64,000 bases of DNA, from contig NW_026250432.1 of assembly GCF_024521635.1 (NCBI RefSeq), positions 124,001 through 188,000 of the forward strand, written 5' to 3'. Of this stretch, positions 51,346 through 64,000 are shown piece by piece. The first letter of the stretch is position 1. Every line of letters starts with the position of its first letter. The notes under the pieces were generated by a model. That model made no database searches, was not told the DNA's origin, and saw only the letters and a program-made list of their open reading frames with translations. This stretch comes from Tricharina praecox. Taxonomy: Eukaryota. Position numbers and translations under genes: made by a program.

Positions 51346-52536
51346 AACATACATGATGGAATCCGCACGCATGTATATGACACAACAGAATCCACAGTCC
51401 GAAGTCCACAGTCCGAAGTCTACAGTCCACCCTGTCGCTGTGGGGTAGGTACTTGTTAGTAGGTGCTCTACATAGGCGTGTATGTAGGGTCTCCATCAGT
51501 TGCCACAACTCCCCGACCTCTTCCCCGAGCTCTTCCCTACCTACACAACTAGGTGCAACCGGGCGCCTGGGTAGATATCTAGTCACTTCGGTACTTGCTT
51601 GGGTAGTTACCTGGGTATATAGTACTGGTATCATTCGCCGCCGGTGTAGGTAGGGAAGCAGTTGGAAGGTGCGATTCGCCCCGCTGCGAGGATCCGAGCG
51701 AGTGTGTGTGGGTATATGTGTGAAAGCGAAAAACGACCGATGGACGATCCATCAGAATCAAAAGGCAGTGACGCCACGATTTCTTCCCTTCCACTTCGTC
51801 TTCGTCTTATGCGCGTAGACAATAATAGTCTTCAGGAGGCATGTCTACGGCGAGCGCGAAACCCAGTGCACGAATATTCCAAAAAACCTTCGTACCTGAA
51901 TTTGTGCGACAGACAGAACGGACGAGAAAGACGGCTCCCCTACTTCCTAGTGGCCTACATACGGTCTTGGGTGGTGAGCAGTGAGCAGTGAGCACTCTAT
52001 CGCTCACCGGCTGAAGTTGTCCCCAAGTACTCCCGGCATCGGAGTTTCCCTGAGACCTCTCTCCCACATTCATTTTTCTGGGACAGTCAAATGGGGATCA
52101 ACCATCACTTCAATTTCGCCCCGTCTGGTTTTCCGGGTCCGAAGCTGTAGTTAACTAGCACTGGATTGGGTGATTGCCTAGATGTCGTCTGACGGACGTC
52201 GACGGACGAGGTTTGAACTGAAGCCGACTTTTCGCTACGGTAGGAGAATAGAGCGGACTATAAATCAGAGGTGGCAATGCATCCCGCATCGTCATCATCG
52301 TCGTCGCGAGCTCGAGAACCTCCATTCCCATCTACCGCGTGCCGTACCTAGTACTACTTGTATAAGCCCGCAAAATACTACATTCCCGTTCCCATTCCCA
52401 TCCCCATCCCATCCCCATCCCAAGCTACACACGCACGCAGGTACTAGTGCGCATCTCGCCTTTCCCCCGAGTCCCCAGATTCCTTCTCGCCAGTATGCAT
52501 ACATAGCCACATCATGCAATCAATCCGAACCATTAC

Positions 52537-54208
52537 CTACGCCTCCCTGTCCTCGGCGCCCCTGATGCCGTACTCCTTCCTCAGACTAGCGACCGAGTAC
52601 ATCACGGTCGGTTTCACGGCGGCCAGGACTTCCTCGCTGACGTCTACGGCCTGCACCACGGCCTGTTCGATGGTGGCAGCCTCCGTGGTCGCCGTCGGCG
52701 TCGGCGTCCACACACCCTCCGCGGTGAGGTTGTAAATTGCCAGCAGCGGCGTGGCGCCGTCGAGCGGATCCCCGAGCGGATCCACCGACACGTACACTTT
52801 ACTTTCCGCCGGGCTGACGGCGGCGTCGAGGAAGTTCCCTGGCAGCGAGAGCGTCGACGTGTACTGCAGCCCCTCGGGCGTCCACGAGAACAGGAACAGC
52901 GCGGGGACGCTCTCTATGCCGACGAGGATCCCGCGGATTTCCGGGACCTCCCACAAGCCGCTAACGGCGAACTTGAACGAGGCGTCGGCGTCCTCGGCCT
53001 CGGCCTCTCCCTTATCGGCAGTCTTGGGCACGAAGATCTTCGCGTCGGCGCCGAGCACCGCCTGCACCGGCGCCACGAGGTCGACCTTCTGCAGCGCGCG
53101 CCGCTCCCGCCAGTTCCACACGAGCAGGTACTCGTCGCCGCCGCCGGAGATCAGCGACGTCAGGTCCCAGCTCGGCGCGTGCAGCGTCTTCACGAACTGC
53201 GTGTGCCCGAGACAGAACCCCTCGATCACGTAGCTCTGCGGGTATCGCGTGACCCGGATATGCTCGTCGCGGTCGCTCGTAAGCACCCACGTCTTCTCCT
53301 TCCCGCCGGCGGCCGGGTGCGAGGCCGGGAGCGTGATCGTCAGCAAAGACAGCAGCATCGATACGTGCCCCAGCACGAAGTCGTGCGCGAATGGTATGTT
53401 GTAGTCGACGTGCAGCCGCTTCCGCCGTTCCGCTGCGACCGCTTCCCGCTCAGAGTTGAGCCGTGCCTTTTCCAGGTGCCGCGCCTTCTGTTCTTCGCTC
53501 TCGTAGACTTTCTCGGTATTTGCCATCTCGACATCGGCGGTGGTAGTGGTGGCCGCGGGGGCGGCAGTAGTAGTAGTAGTCGCAGCCTGTGACGGCTCTT
53601 CGCCGCTGTCGGACGCGAACAGCGGAATCCCGAAAACGTCACCGAACTTGTCCGCGCACAGGATCGTCTCAGTGCGCTCGACGAACGCGAGGTCGACGAC
53701 TCGTTTCGGAAGATGTCTGCTCGCATCACATCACATCAATTCCCGCACACCCACCACCCCCACAAAGCAAGGAAACAACAACAACCCACCTAACACTCAT
53801 CACCTCCAGCCCCTCAGCCCTCAACACCGTGACAGCCTTATCATCGTTCGTCGCAACAAGCACGAACTCTCCGCTCTTCACGGTCAGGATCTTGGTAATG
53901 GCGTTGAGACTCGGCTTTCCGCCGCCCTCCTTCTTCTTCTTCTCCTTGCCCTCTTTGCCCTTGCCGTCCTTCCCCTTCCCCTTCCCCTGTCCCTGTCCGT
54001 CCCCGTCCCCCTCGACCTTGCGTTTCTTCTTTGGTCCCTCGTCCTCGTTGGCGACGACAGCGACGGTGGTGATATTCCCCGGCGCAGCAGTCCACGAGCC
54101 GAGGTTTTCGCCGCTGGCGCTCGAGAATACGTGCAAAGCATTGGATGTACCAGTGTATAGGCGCGCCGTCGCGGCGCAGACGTGCAGGCGCTGGATTGGG
54201 TGGCGCAT
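52537..54208 (-). CDS. TRM82: tRNA m7G46 methyltransferase non-catalytic WD subunit Trm82/WDR4, 2 exons
   Basis: ATNDDKAVTV...R|HLPKR...ILCADKFGDVF, LGHVSML, VLTSDRDEHIRVTRYPQSYVIEGFCLGHTQFV, LISGGGD. Confidence 0.95.
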
Positions 54209-55479
54209 CTTGCTGGTGCTGGTGGTGGTCGTGGTGGGGGGGTGTAGTGGGGGGTGGTGGGGTTAACTGCGTGCAATTGAGTGAGGCTCGAGTTGAAAAT
54301 GTTGGCGGCTGCGGGCTGCAGAACGCGCCAGGGTGGGGGCGCTGGGCACGTGAGGGCGTAAGCTTAATAGGTACGGTACCTACTCCAGCTTCTCTCACGG
54401 TCTCGCCTTGGAAAACGGATGAACTATGGAGACAGATGGAAATTTGAAGCATTGTCATAAACACATGTCATTACATTCGAGGATCATTAGAGTATGAGCC
54501 CTTGCTTGAGTCAACCGGGTGAAAGCCGGTTGACAGTTAAATACCTACGTAAGGTTTATTCACACACACAATCACTCGCTCCAAGCGGCACTAGAGTAGA
54601 ATGGAAAGGTATCGCTTCGGTGTTCGAGTGTTTGAGTGCTCGGCTTTCCGTGGAGCTGGCAGGAAAGGTTGTGTGTGTAGGCGCCATAGTTTCTGGTAGT
54701 CCGGCGGTGTGCGAGAATGAATCGATATTCCCCCCTCCCTCTAGCACTCTGTTCGAGTACATAGAGTATGTACCTACATAGCAGTAATAACGGGAAGCTT
54801 GGTTGATTCTCGACATCTTTTTTTTCTTGAAGATTGCGAACGTTCCACATGATTCTTTCTTCATGATGTTCGTGGTGATTGACCGTCGGTGCGGTTCTTG
54901 TGTGTGTAGGATCTACCTACAAAGAAAGTGACATTTGTATGTAGTGTGAGTGATAGGTGGTGGGTTTATGCATAGAGGACTGGGCTTGGAGGAATGGGCT
55001 GAAGAGTAGAGCCGAGCTGGGAAGAAAGCGGGCACGAGTGGGTGTGCGTGGGCTTGCCGGGGAAGGGGGAGGGGGTGGGCTTGGAGAAGTTCTTTGGATT
55101 CAGAATATGAGGTGCTTGAAACGCTGCATTCAACCAGGTTCAGTGTCGACGGTTGCGATTGATGAGCAGATATCGCACCTGAATTTCTTCCAGGGGAGGT
55201 GCGGTTCCGGCTGCGATGTACCTCGCCCTTACAGTTCCCCCTACAGTCCTCATACAGTTCCCGCAGCAGCCATTCATTCCAATTTCCCAATGAGTTCTTC
55301 GCGGACGTTCTTTCATTCATTCATTCTAGCTCGTTCTGGCCTAAGCCATTTCCGTTTCCGTATCACTCTGTTTCTGTTGTGCCGTTCCAAGTACCTTCCA
55401 CTTCCATACCACGGAACTATCACTCGCTCGCCCAACCACCCCCGTCCCCCCTCCCCTCCCTCCCCCCACCACACCAAAA

Positions 55480-57129
55480 ATGCCACCCCGCACCACCGCC
55501 GCCCTCTGGAACCAACTCTTTCCCGCCGCCCCACCCTCCCCACCCTCACCCCCACCCCCGCCTCTCAGCCGTCCATTTCCGCAATATCCGGCACTGCCAC
55601 ATGTATCAGTATCACCCACGCCGCCGCCGACCTCGCCGCCGGCCTGCGCATCTACATTCACCTCTCCATTCACCTCTCCAACTACCTATCCAACCACCGG
55701 CCCCACATACACCTCTCCATCCGGCAGCACACATGTCAATACAACGCCGGAACAGCAGCAGCAACAGCAACGGCAGCAACAGCAACGGCAGCAACAACAA
55801 CAACAGCAGCAGCAGCGGGAAGAAACTAACAACCTCCTCCTCGAATGCCGCTACCTCCTGCACCGGCTGACCACTACCACCGCCGCAGCCACCACTACCA
55901 CCACCACAGCCGACACCACCGCCTCACAACTGCAGGAGCTCCAAGTAATGCTATCAGCGCAAAGCAATGTGCTACAGTGCGTGCTCGAGGAGCAGACGCG
56001 GTTGGCGGGTGTGGTCGCTGCACTGCTCGAGAGGCCAGCGGGTGCGGGTACGGGTACGGGGGCGAGGGAGAAGGAGTCGGAGATGAGTGCGGCCCACACG
56101 TTGCTGGAGTTTCGGGATTCGGTGTCGCGGACGACGTCTGCCTCCTATACCTCACATACCGCTACAGCGGATGCGGAGGGGTATGTGCGGGATGTGCAGC
56201 GGGATGTTCAGCGGGATGGAAGAGGGCGTAGGAGGAGGAGGCCAGTGGGAGAGGAGTTACGGACGCAAACGCAAACGCAAACGCTGGGTAAAGCTTCGAC
56301 ACAGGTTAGAGCGCAGCAGCAGCAGCAGCAGCAGCATCGGAAGATGACGATACGCAGCCTGCTCCTTGAGACGCAGGATGATACGCAGGCGGCAACGCAG
56401 GCGGCAAGTCATGTCACAGTGAGCTCGGGTGAGGATCTGCGCAGCGCTCCTACTCCCAGGGAGACTGGGAAACAGCAGCCACGGCAGCCGCAGCAACAAC
56501 AGCAACCACAGCAACCACAACGGCCGAAGAAACGTCGTCTCCTTGACACGCAAGACTCGTTAATAGAGGCAGAGGGGGCAGATAGACAAGACGAAGCCCT
56601 CGCACGTGCCTGGTCGCAAGTATCCTCGACGCCCTCACTGCTGTCGCAGCCGTCCGACCCAGTCGCAGGCGGCGGTGGCGGCGGTGGCGGCGGCGGCGAG
56701 ATACAAGTTCCCGGATCACGCGCGCACACGCAGGTATTCATACCACCCGGCGACACAGCCCCGAAAGTGGACGCGGAGATACAAGTTCCCAGCTCTGGCA
56801 CCGCGGGCTGTTCGCAAACGACAGGGAAATGTCGTCCTCCGGAGGTGCAGGAATCGCCGCTTGAACCGTCACTCGCACCGGTCATCACGTCGCCTCCGTC
56901 ACACATTGTCACTCCGAAACCCACTACCACCACGGCAGCGAAAATGAAGAAACGCTCCCTGCTCGAGTCCTCGGATGAAGAAGGGGAAGGGGAGGGGGAA
57001 CAAGAAGAAGGCGCTAGCCCGTTCCTGGATAGGAGCTGGGAGGAAGCGAGAGTGATGCCCGCCAGGGCTTGTAAGCTGTCGGTACGAGGGGGACGGAGGA
57101 GCGGGAAGCGCGGGAGGGGGTTTTACTGA
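55480..57129 (+). CDS. Orphan low-complexity protein (549 aa): Pro-rich start, polyQ, short coiled coil, SQ/TQ-rich, NLS-like motifs
   Basis: Single long ORF with good start context (CCAAAAATG). No family recognised. Confidence 0.6.
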   Translation: MPPRTTAALWNQLFPAAPPSPPSPPPPPLSRPFPQYPALPHVSVSPTPPPTSPPACASTFTSPFTSPTTYPTTGPTYTSPSGSTHVNTTPEQQQQQQRQQQQRQQQQQQQQQREETNNLLLECRYLLHRLTTTTAAATTTTTTADTTASQLQELQVMLSAQSNVLQCVLEEQTRLAGVVAALLERPAGAGTGTGAREKESEMSAAHTLLEFRDSVSRTTSASYTSHTATADAEGYVRDVQRDVQRDGRGRRRRRPVGEELRTQTQTQTLGKASTQVRAQQQQQQQHRKMTIRSLLLETQDDTQAATQAASHVTVSSGEDLRSAPTPRETGKQQPRQPQQQQQPQQPQRPKKRRLLDTQDSLIEAEGADRQDEALARAWSQVSSTPSLLSQPSDPVAGGGGGGGGGGEIQVPGSRAHTQVFIPPGDTAPKVDAEIQVPSSGTAGCSQTTGKCRPPEVQESPLEPSLAPVITSPPSHIVTPKPTTTTAAKMKKRSLLESSDEEGEGEGEQEEGASPFLDRSWEEARVMPARACKLSVRGGRRSGKRGRGFY

Positions 57130-57360
57130 TTGGCTATGTATGTAGCGAGGGGACTTGTCTTGGCCGGTACTTGTATACAAAGAACGGGGGATTCTCATTT
57201 GAATGGAGCGGATTCGCGAATCGGATCGGATTGGATTGGGGTTGTCATTTACTTTACTTTACTCGTTACTCGTATCATAGCAACTTACACTAGGAAATAT
57301 ACACGCTTGGTACCTACTCATTCTTACACCTTGCCGCTGACGACTGGCGGCACCGCTGTC

Positions 57361-59849
57361 CTACAGTTCTTGCGACAGTTGGCCTTGCGCAACCGTCTCC
57401 TGCTTGTCTTGTGCCGGGGGGTTACTGTCCTCCCCCTCCTTCGTGGTCCACCTATTGATCCACTCCAGCACCTCGGTATGCCACTGCAGCGAATTCTCTG
57501 GCTTCAGCACCCTAGTTGTCCCCAGCGTATTAGCCACCCCCCTCCCCCGGCCACGCATGTCAAACAAAGACTTAGTTACCAATGATTCTCGTCCGGAAAA
57601 TGCAAAAACCTGGAGGGTATTCCGAGTTCCTGGAGCACATTGAAAGCGGCGAGGCCCTCGCTGACAGGGAGCCGGTAGTCTCGCTCACCATGGATGATCA
57701 TCTGCGGCGTTTTCCAGTGCTTGATGTTGCGTGCCGGGTCCCAGCGCTCGTAGCCCGCGCGGTTGCTCCAGAGCGTGCCTTCGAAGTCGTGCTGCGGGAA
57801 GTACAGCTCCTCCGACGAGTACTGGTTCAGCGTGCTGAAGACGCCATCGTGGCACACTAAAGCCCGGAATTTGCGCCCGAGCGGGAGGCCTTGCAGGTAG
57901 TTTATCATGTCTTTTGTTTCGCGTTTTTTCAGCCGCTGGCTCGATATTGGAGGAGGAGGGAGAGGGGGGCTTACATCCACCATACGATGCGCCCAGGGCG
58001 ACGGCGTTATCGAAGTCGATATAATCTCTCGCCTCATGCTCGGTCTGCAAATACTTCACTGCGAGCTCCAGATCGATGTACGGCTTTCCGCCCCATTGCC
58101 CCTGGATCCCGTCCACGAACGCCTGTCCGTACCCCGTGCTGCCCGTTGGGTTTACTGCTATCGCGATCCAGCCCTGCTCTGCGAATAGTACCGGGTTCCA
58201 CCGCGTGCTCCAGCTGTCGAGCCAGGCGCTGTCGGGTTGTTAGTGCTAATTGGGGCGGGGGGCGGAAAGGGGAGGGGAGCGGTGGAAAACGGACCCCTGA
58301 GGACCGCCGTGGATGAAGAACGCCATGCGGTACTTCCGGCCCTTCTCGAAGGCGCTGGGCCTGACAATGAAGCCATGGACCTTCCCGCCATTCGCTCCGG
58401 CAAACCAAAAGTCCTCTACCTGTCCGTTGTTCAGGTGTTTCTCATGTTCTGGCTGCTCCTGCAGCGCCTTCATGCTCTTATTGCTAGTATCGAGGATAAA
58501 GTTGCCGGGCGAAGCAGTGAGCGAGCTCATATGCAGCAGCATCTTGTCTCCTCCAGACAGGAACTGGAAGCCGGAGACGGAGTGACGATCCCATACCTCC
58601 TCTGCAACCCCGGTGGAAACAGATATGCGGTACAGCTTGTGCCGCCCCACGCTGTCCGCCGTCGCGAATACGTGCTTGCCGTCTGGATGCCACTGCAGCG
58701 TGCCAGGGGAGACGTCCCACGCCCCCGCAATCGCAATCGCCGCTGTGCTGGCCCCCCCACCAACCCCGCCCGGCCCCTGCCGCGAGATATATATCTGATT
58801 CCTATCAGCCTCATACCCGTTCATTGCCATCTGCAGGAACGCGATCGCCCTGCCATCGGGGGAGAACACGGGGGCGGATGAGGCTCCCTGCGGGCTCCCC
58901 TGTCCCACGGGCAGGTTCAGAGGCTGCGGCTTCCGCGACCCGTCGAGCGGGACGACGTACACGAGCGATTGCGTGTTGTTTGCGGGGTTCAGCCCCGGGG
59001 TCTTGGATACGAAGGCTACGCGCCGCCCGTCGGGGGAGATGGAGAAGTCCGCTGCGCCGCCGAAGGGCTGGACGGGGGACTCGAGCCCCGAGAAGGGGGG
59101 GAGCAGGTTGGTTGGTGAGGACGTGGAGGTGTAGCGAGAGGAGGTGAGGGAGAGCGTGCCTGAGAAGAGGGACGACTTCTCCGCGGTGGTGTAGGCGTCC
59201 CAGTGCCGCACGAAGAGGGATTCGTACACCTGCCCGCTTGCGTGCGGCGCGTGCGCCTTCGCGGGGTTGTAGAGAGTGCCGTTCGGGCTCGCGAGCGACG
59301 AGAAGACGAAGTGCACGGTGTCCTTCAGCGGCAGCAGCTGCAGATCCGACACCGGCCCGTCCACCGTCGCGGCCTTGTAGATGCCCGTCTCGTTCTGGCT
59401 CGTCGGCGCGATCCAGAAGCTCGTCGTCCCGTCTGAGGCCGTGACGTTGGTGAATAGCAGACTGTCGTCCGAAACCCATGATACGGTCTTGAGGTTGCTG
59501 TGCGGGAAGAGCGCAGATGAAGCGCCGGTAGAGAGGTCGAGTAGGTTCCAGGATCGGGACTGCTTGTGCTCCGTGAAGGAGTACGTCGAGCTTGAATATA
59601 CCGCCAATGTCTATTATTATGGAAGTCAGGCATTGTACGCGTGGTAACTGGGCATGTAAACAACGCGTGAAGCTCACCCCGCCACTATTAGCTTCCGCGG
59701 CGGACCGTCGGGGCGCACTCAGGACATCCCTAAAGTGAGAATGAGCATTGCTACGGCGAATTGAGCATTGCGCGGGGGGAGTCGTACTCGGGCGTGAGAG
59801 CTGCAGCCGCAGCTACGGAAAGAAACGCTGTGGTAAGACGTAGCAACAT
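57361..59849 (-). CDS. DPP5: Secreted dipeptidyl-peptidase V (peptidase S9)
   Basis: Signal MLLRLTTAFLSVAAAAALTPE|, YESLFVRHWD, FFIHGGPQG, NPTGSTGYGQ, GASYGG|Y (Ser), HGERDYR (Asp), FPDENH|W (His). Five GT-AG introns. Confidence 0.95.
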
Positions 59850-61811
59850 GGTGCGGTGCGTGTTTGAATTGAATGGCCGCTGGAGAGCTCGTTGCTATGA
59901 GCTTGACTATTATGCATCGCTGGAACCCTTACCCACGCATAGGAAGAGTAGATCAGGCGACGAAGCGAAAATCACTAGCCACTCCGAACACCAATAGCCT
60001 CAGCCGAAAATCAGAGAATGCAGTTGGCCACTGCGTAGCCCATTCACCCCTTCAAAAGCTTTCGCAATGGCTCTTGGTACTTAATTAAGTGGCCGAGTGA
60101 GACTGGCGGCGAGTACTCTACTTTAACTCGCTCGAGTGATCAGTCCTTGCTGGGCCACTCGCTCATTACTCTCAACAGCGTCGCAACCACAACTCGTCAC
60201 TCATTGTTTGGCGACACTCGCGATTCGGCGGTTCTTCACTGCAGGCTGACTACGCTTATCATCGTAACCACGGGTTCTGGGCGGCTGCGGTTTGGTCACC
60301 GGTGTTCTCTCGGCCTCGAGATGCCTAATATATAGCGCCTCACCGGCCATTTTACGCATAACTACCGTCGTCGTCGGCTTCGTTAGCTGCGTGACGGTGT
60401 CGTCATTGGGCAATGGGCGCATTACGCTCGCCGCGTCGCCAAGTAGATATGTGGGGTCTTCTCATCGATCGGTGGACAAGGCATGTGTAGGTACGGTATT
60501 GTACCAGTAAGATGTGAGGCGGGACGGCAACCATAGCCACATCGAGATGTGGCTGGGGTGCGGGAGCGTTAACTGACTGTTGTTGGTATGTCACATGTGT
60601 GCTCGAAAAAGGCATCCTTTTCGAGGCAACGAAAGCAGCCCTGCTTCCGCCCGCCCCCTTCCTCAGCATGTGCACTCAAATGCTTGTACTCCAAGCAGCC
60701 AACCAGCCGCTTGTCCGGGCAGAGCAGTGCAGACTCGGCACGCTCGGTATTCGGCACGGCCGGTGTGCTGTTCTGCTGTTCTTATCACCGTTCGCATCGA
60801 ATCCCTTCGGCTTTGTATATATGTAACTACCCTCGGAACGAGCAGACATATGGGGTAACCGTCAGGATTTAGCTCGTCTAGCCGCCGCGCGTCCCGGTTG
60901 GTTGGCCGTTGGCGCAGCACATCGAAAGCTTGGTATTGCTTGGTACCGGGAATGGCCGCGCTCCGCCAACGACGCGGCGAGGATTGGCGATCGAGATGCG
61001 AGATTCGAGATTCTTGAGTCGACGTCGGTTGCGGAGGGGGAATGGGGGGAATGGGGGTTGGTACTTTGTATGGATGTTTGCAGGTTTCGCTTCTCTGAGA
61101 AGAGGTCAATGGCCTTGTGAGAGCTAATTGAGAATAAAGGTCGTTGGGCTCTCTCTTTCTCTTTTTTTTGCGGGGGCGCATCCCTTCCAAGCATCTAATA
61201 CCTGTTACTACCGAGCACCCAGCTGTCGAACTTCACCCCATGTATGATGTGTAGGCCGATATTGCCAACACACACAGCAACGGCAATGACGTACGACGAA
61301 ATCCTCACGCTACTGCTACTCTACTCTATCCCAACTGCATGAAAGCTGAGAGTGCGTAGTGTGGCTCGGGGACTCCCAGCCTCGCCATTTGCTGGAGTGA
61401 CAGCTGGGCAGTGGGCAACCCGTCACCTGGGTGGATACCCATGTTTTTCTCTCTCTCTCTTGCTTTCCCTGAACGGTGGAGGTGGATACCGAACCAGAGT
61501 GCACCGATGCGTTGTTCGATGGATGAAGCGTGGAAGAGCTCACTCATGCAGGGAAGCCGGTCTCAGCCTTTGCACCACTCGACTGAGTGGATCGAGAGAG
61601 AGAGAGAGTGTGTGTAGTAGACGACCATACTTAAGGGAATCAACTTCTCCCAGCGTCCCAGCTAAAAGCATATACATACACCGGCCCATCACCTCGTCAC
61701 TCGTCACTCGACCCCGCGCTATTCGCTCGAAGCTCATCGCATTGAGCTACACACGACCCGACTGCACACTCAGCAAGCCGCACACGAATACCCAACAGCC
61801 AGCCAGCCACT

Positions 61812-62414
61812 ATGTTCCCCGGCTTCCTATTCATAGCCGTGCGCATCTTCGAGATCATCTCGCTGATCCCAATCTGGGGTATGCTCGCGTGGTTCGTCGA
61901 CTTGTACCAGCCCGCCACGCCGCCAGACTACATCCTCTACCCGTTCATCGTGAGCCTTCCCTCCTCCCACCCCCCTCCCCTCGCGCAGTAACACCCCACT
62001 AACCCCTCTCCCCATCAGGTCGCCCTCCTCGCCACAATCTGGGCAATAATCACGCTGTTAATGTACCGACGGATGGGGTGGACGCCGATCTACATAGCGA
62101 TCGTAGACCTCTGCTGGTTCGGGATCCTTATTGGGGGGGTAGTGGTGTTGGCGCCGTGGGTGCGGCGCACGGACTGCGTGCAGTGGCAGGGCCAGAGCGC
62201 CGTTCTCAACGCCGCCGGCATGAGTGTCACCTCGGGCGACGTCACCGTCGCGAAACAGTGCATGATGCTCAAGAGCTCGTGGGGACTCGCGATACTCAAT
62301 ATCATACTGTTCTTTGCCTCCGCCGTGCTGGCTTGGGAGGTCTGGCATCGGACTGGTGTCGTCGTGGTTAGGCCGAGGAGGAGCAGGAGTAGTAGGAGGA
62401 ATAATGGCTGGTAG
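61812..62414 (+). CDS. MARVEL-like four-TM membrane protein, 2 exons
   Basis: MFPGFLFIAVRIFEIISLIPIWGMLAWFV...PDYILYPFI|VALLATIWAIITLL...IVDLCWFGILIGGV...CMMLKSSWGLAILNIILF. Intron GTGAGC...ACTAAC...CAG at about 61950-62018. Confidence 0.85.
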
Positions 62415-64000
62415 GTGGTAGGGGTGAGTGGCGCATTGGATTTGGGAAGCGGAAGGGGCATGGCGCGCTGGTTGGGTGGGTGTACTGTACTGTACTTTGA
62501 TGCTTTTATGATTGCGACGATGACGAGAGCGGGGTCTGGGTTTTTTCTTCGGGGGATGAGGAAATGTATATACATGTACCAATTACTTACTTACCTTGGC
62601 CGTATACCGTGCGAAATGGCTGGTGTTGGAAGATGAATTGGCGGGATGGGCAGTATCCGGTACATCGAGTACATACCGGACGATATCAAACCTCATCTCC
62701 ACGTGATACCATGAGCTTGGAAGTTGGGGAAACATTTCTGTATGATCTCGCGTCTCGGTGTCTTGGAGCCTCAGGCTCTCAGCTCCCATCTCCTCTTGTC
62801 CATGTAGTTATCCGACACAAGCCATCACTCCGCATCCGTATCTACTTTCTTGATGATATTGTGCATCTTAGTACCTATTCCGGTATCACTGCTACTTTCC
62901 AGTGTCCTTTGCATACTGCCCTCATTTTCTTCGTGGCTGCTTAGCATTGTCCATTATCCATGGCTTCTCACCAAAATCAGCCTCGTTAGAGTAGCCAAAG
63001 CCTTCAAGCCTTCAAGCCCCCCGTCCAGTCCGGCGGCGACTATCGTTGCATCCTCTATCTGAAGCCCAGCCTTCTAGTCTTCTACACGAGCTCGTTTCTC
63101 TTTATAAGCAGTCTTCTTTCTCTTCTTTCTCTTCTTTTCCGTATCAATACAATCAATCAAGTCAAGTTCTTCTCCCAATTCCAACACTTTTGTACTCGAG
63201 TACTTGGATCATCCGGCTCTTCCGGGAATTCGGGATCAATAGCGGCTCAGGAGTCAGCGTGCCATTCAACCAACGATTACAGCTTAGATAAACAAACCCC
63301 AAATAGAAACAGAAAGGAAACAGAAAGAGACAAAAAAACGGCTTGGCGTGTTTCAAGTTTCAACTTTACTGCCCGGGGATCTGCTTCGTTTTCCTTTTCC
63401 TTTTCCTTTTTCCTTTGCCTTTGCACCTGCAGGAACAAGAGACAGCAGCAGCAGTAGTAGGCCCTGAAGCCCTGACCGGACTGCGGATGATGTGAGTTGT
63501 AACGGCCCTGGCCCCCGGCGGCGATTCGGCTTCCCCGTGAGCACTGGGGAGTCATAGAAACTAGGAACCCGTATCGTACTGCGCTGCATCGGATCTTATG
63601 TAGGCACATCGATACGAGGGCCGAGGCGTACGTGAGTCGGAGATACGGTACGGTACTATGATATGTGTATCATTTAAACACAGGGAGCTTCTCACCGTAC
63701 CGTATTCGGTTCTGGCGAAACATCGGTTGTTTCGGCGGGGCCATGGGAATGGGAAGGTCAGACCTGTAGGTAGGTTGCTGTTGTTTCCTGGCCTGATGGC
63801 TACGCGACTCCCCTCCCCCGCACCTTGTTACATAGAGTTATGTAGTCACCTTCCTGCCCGTGCCATGTATTTTACCCATCAAAGTTACCACACCCCCCAG
63901 CATTCCCAGCAGCCGCTCCTCGCCTGGTGAGCTGCATCCATCGTAGCGCTTATGTATAGTATGCCATCCAGTGCATCATACCGTACATACCGGTATGTAT

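Noticed and set aside
60602..60625. Small hairpin CTCGAAAAAGG-CAT-CCTTTTCGAG
   Set aside because: 10-bp imperfect stem with no supporting context.
61620..61660. 5S rRNA-like start ACGACCATAC (also GTGGAAGAACTCGGGAT near 50387)
   Set aside because: Only short matches; the rest of 5S and its internal control region are absent.

Overview
Intron-rich genomic DNA from a filamentous ascomycete (short GT-AG introns with CTRAC branch points; Pezizomycotina, possibly Pezizomycetes, which is inference only). I reconstructed about 17 protein-coding genes by hand-splicing: SNX4/ATG24 (partial), a PCD1-type Nudix hydrolase, a Ctr copper transporter, a GPI-anchored Cys-rich protein, CaM kinase CMK1, a SesB/SERAC1-like lipase, COQ6, an F-box/JmjC protein, eIF4A, a Skg3/Caf120-like PH protein, PWP1, a G-patch protein, a PPR protein, a conserved hypothetical protein, TRM82, an orphan Q/TQ-rich protein, DPP5 and a MARVEL-like protein. 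There is also an intron-containing tRNA-Glu(CTC), plus several micro- and minisatellites. Most of the window is core housekeeping sequence. The best candidate for an undescribed system is the accessory island between CMK1 and COQ6 (about 15.0-19.0 kb). It holds an intact stand-alone SesB-like lipase with an extra N-terminal domain and a separately encoded 34-aa C-terminal tail but no NLR core, flanked by two degraded genes. Other notable signals are a CCAAT-bearing 39-bp minisatellite, tandem perfect Gcn4/CpcA sites between the JmjC and eIF4A genes, and an 8-kb gene-free stretch. No CRISPR, rRNA or recognisable intact transposon was found. No database searches were run.
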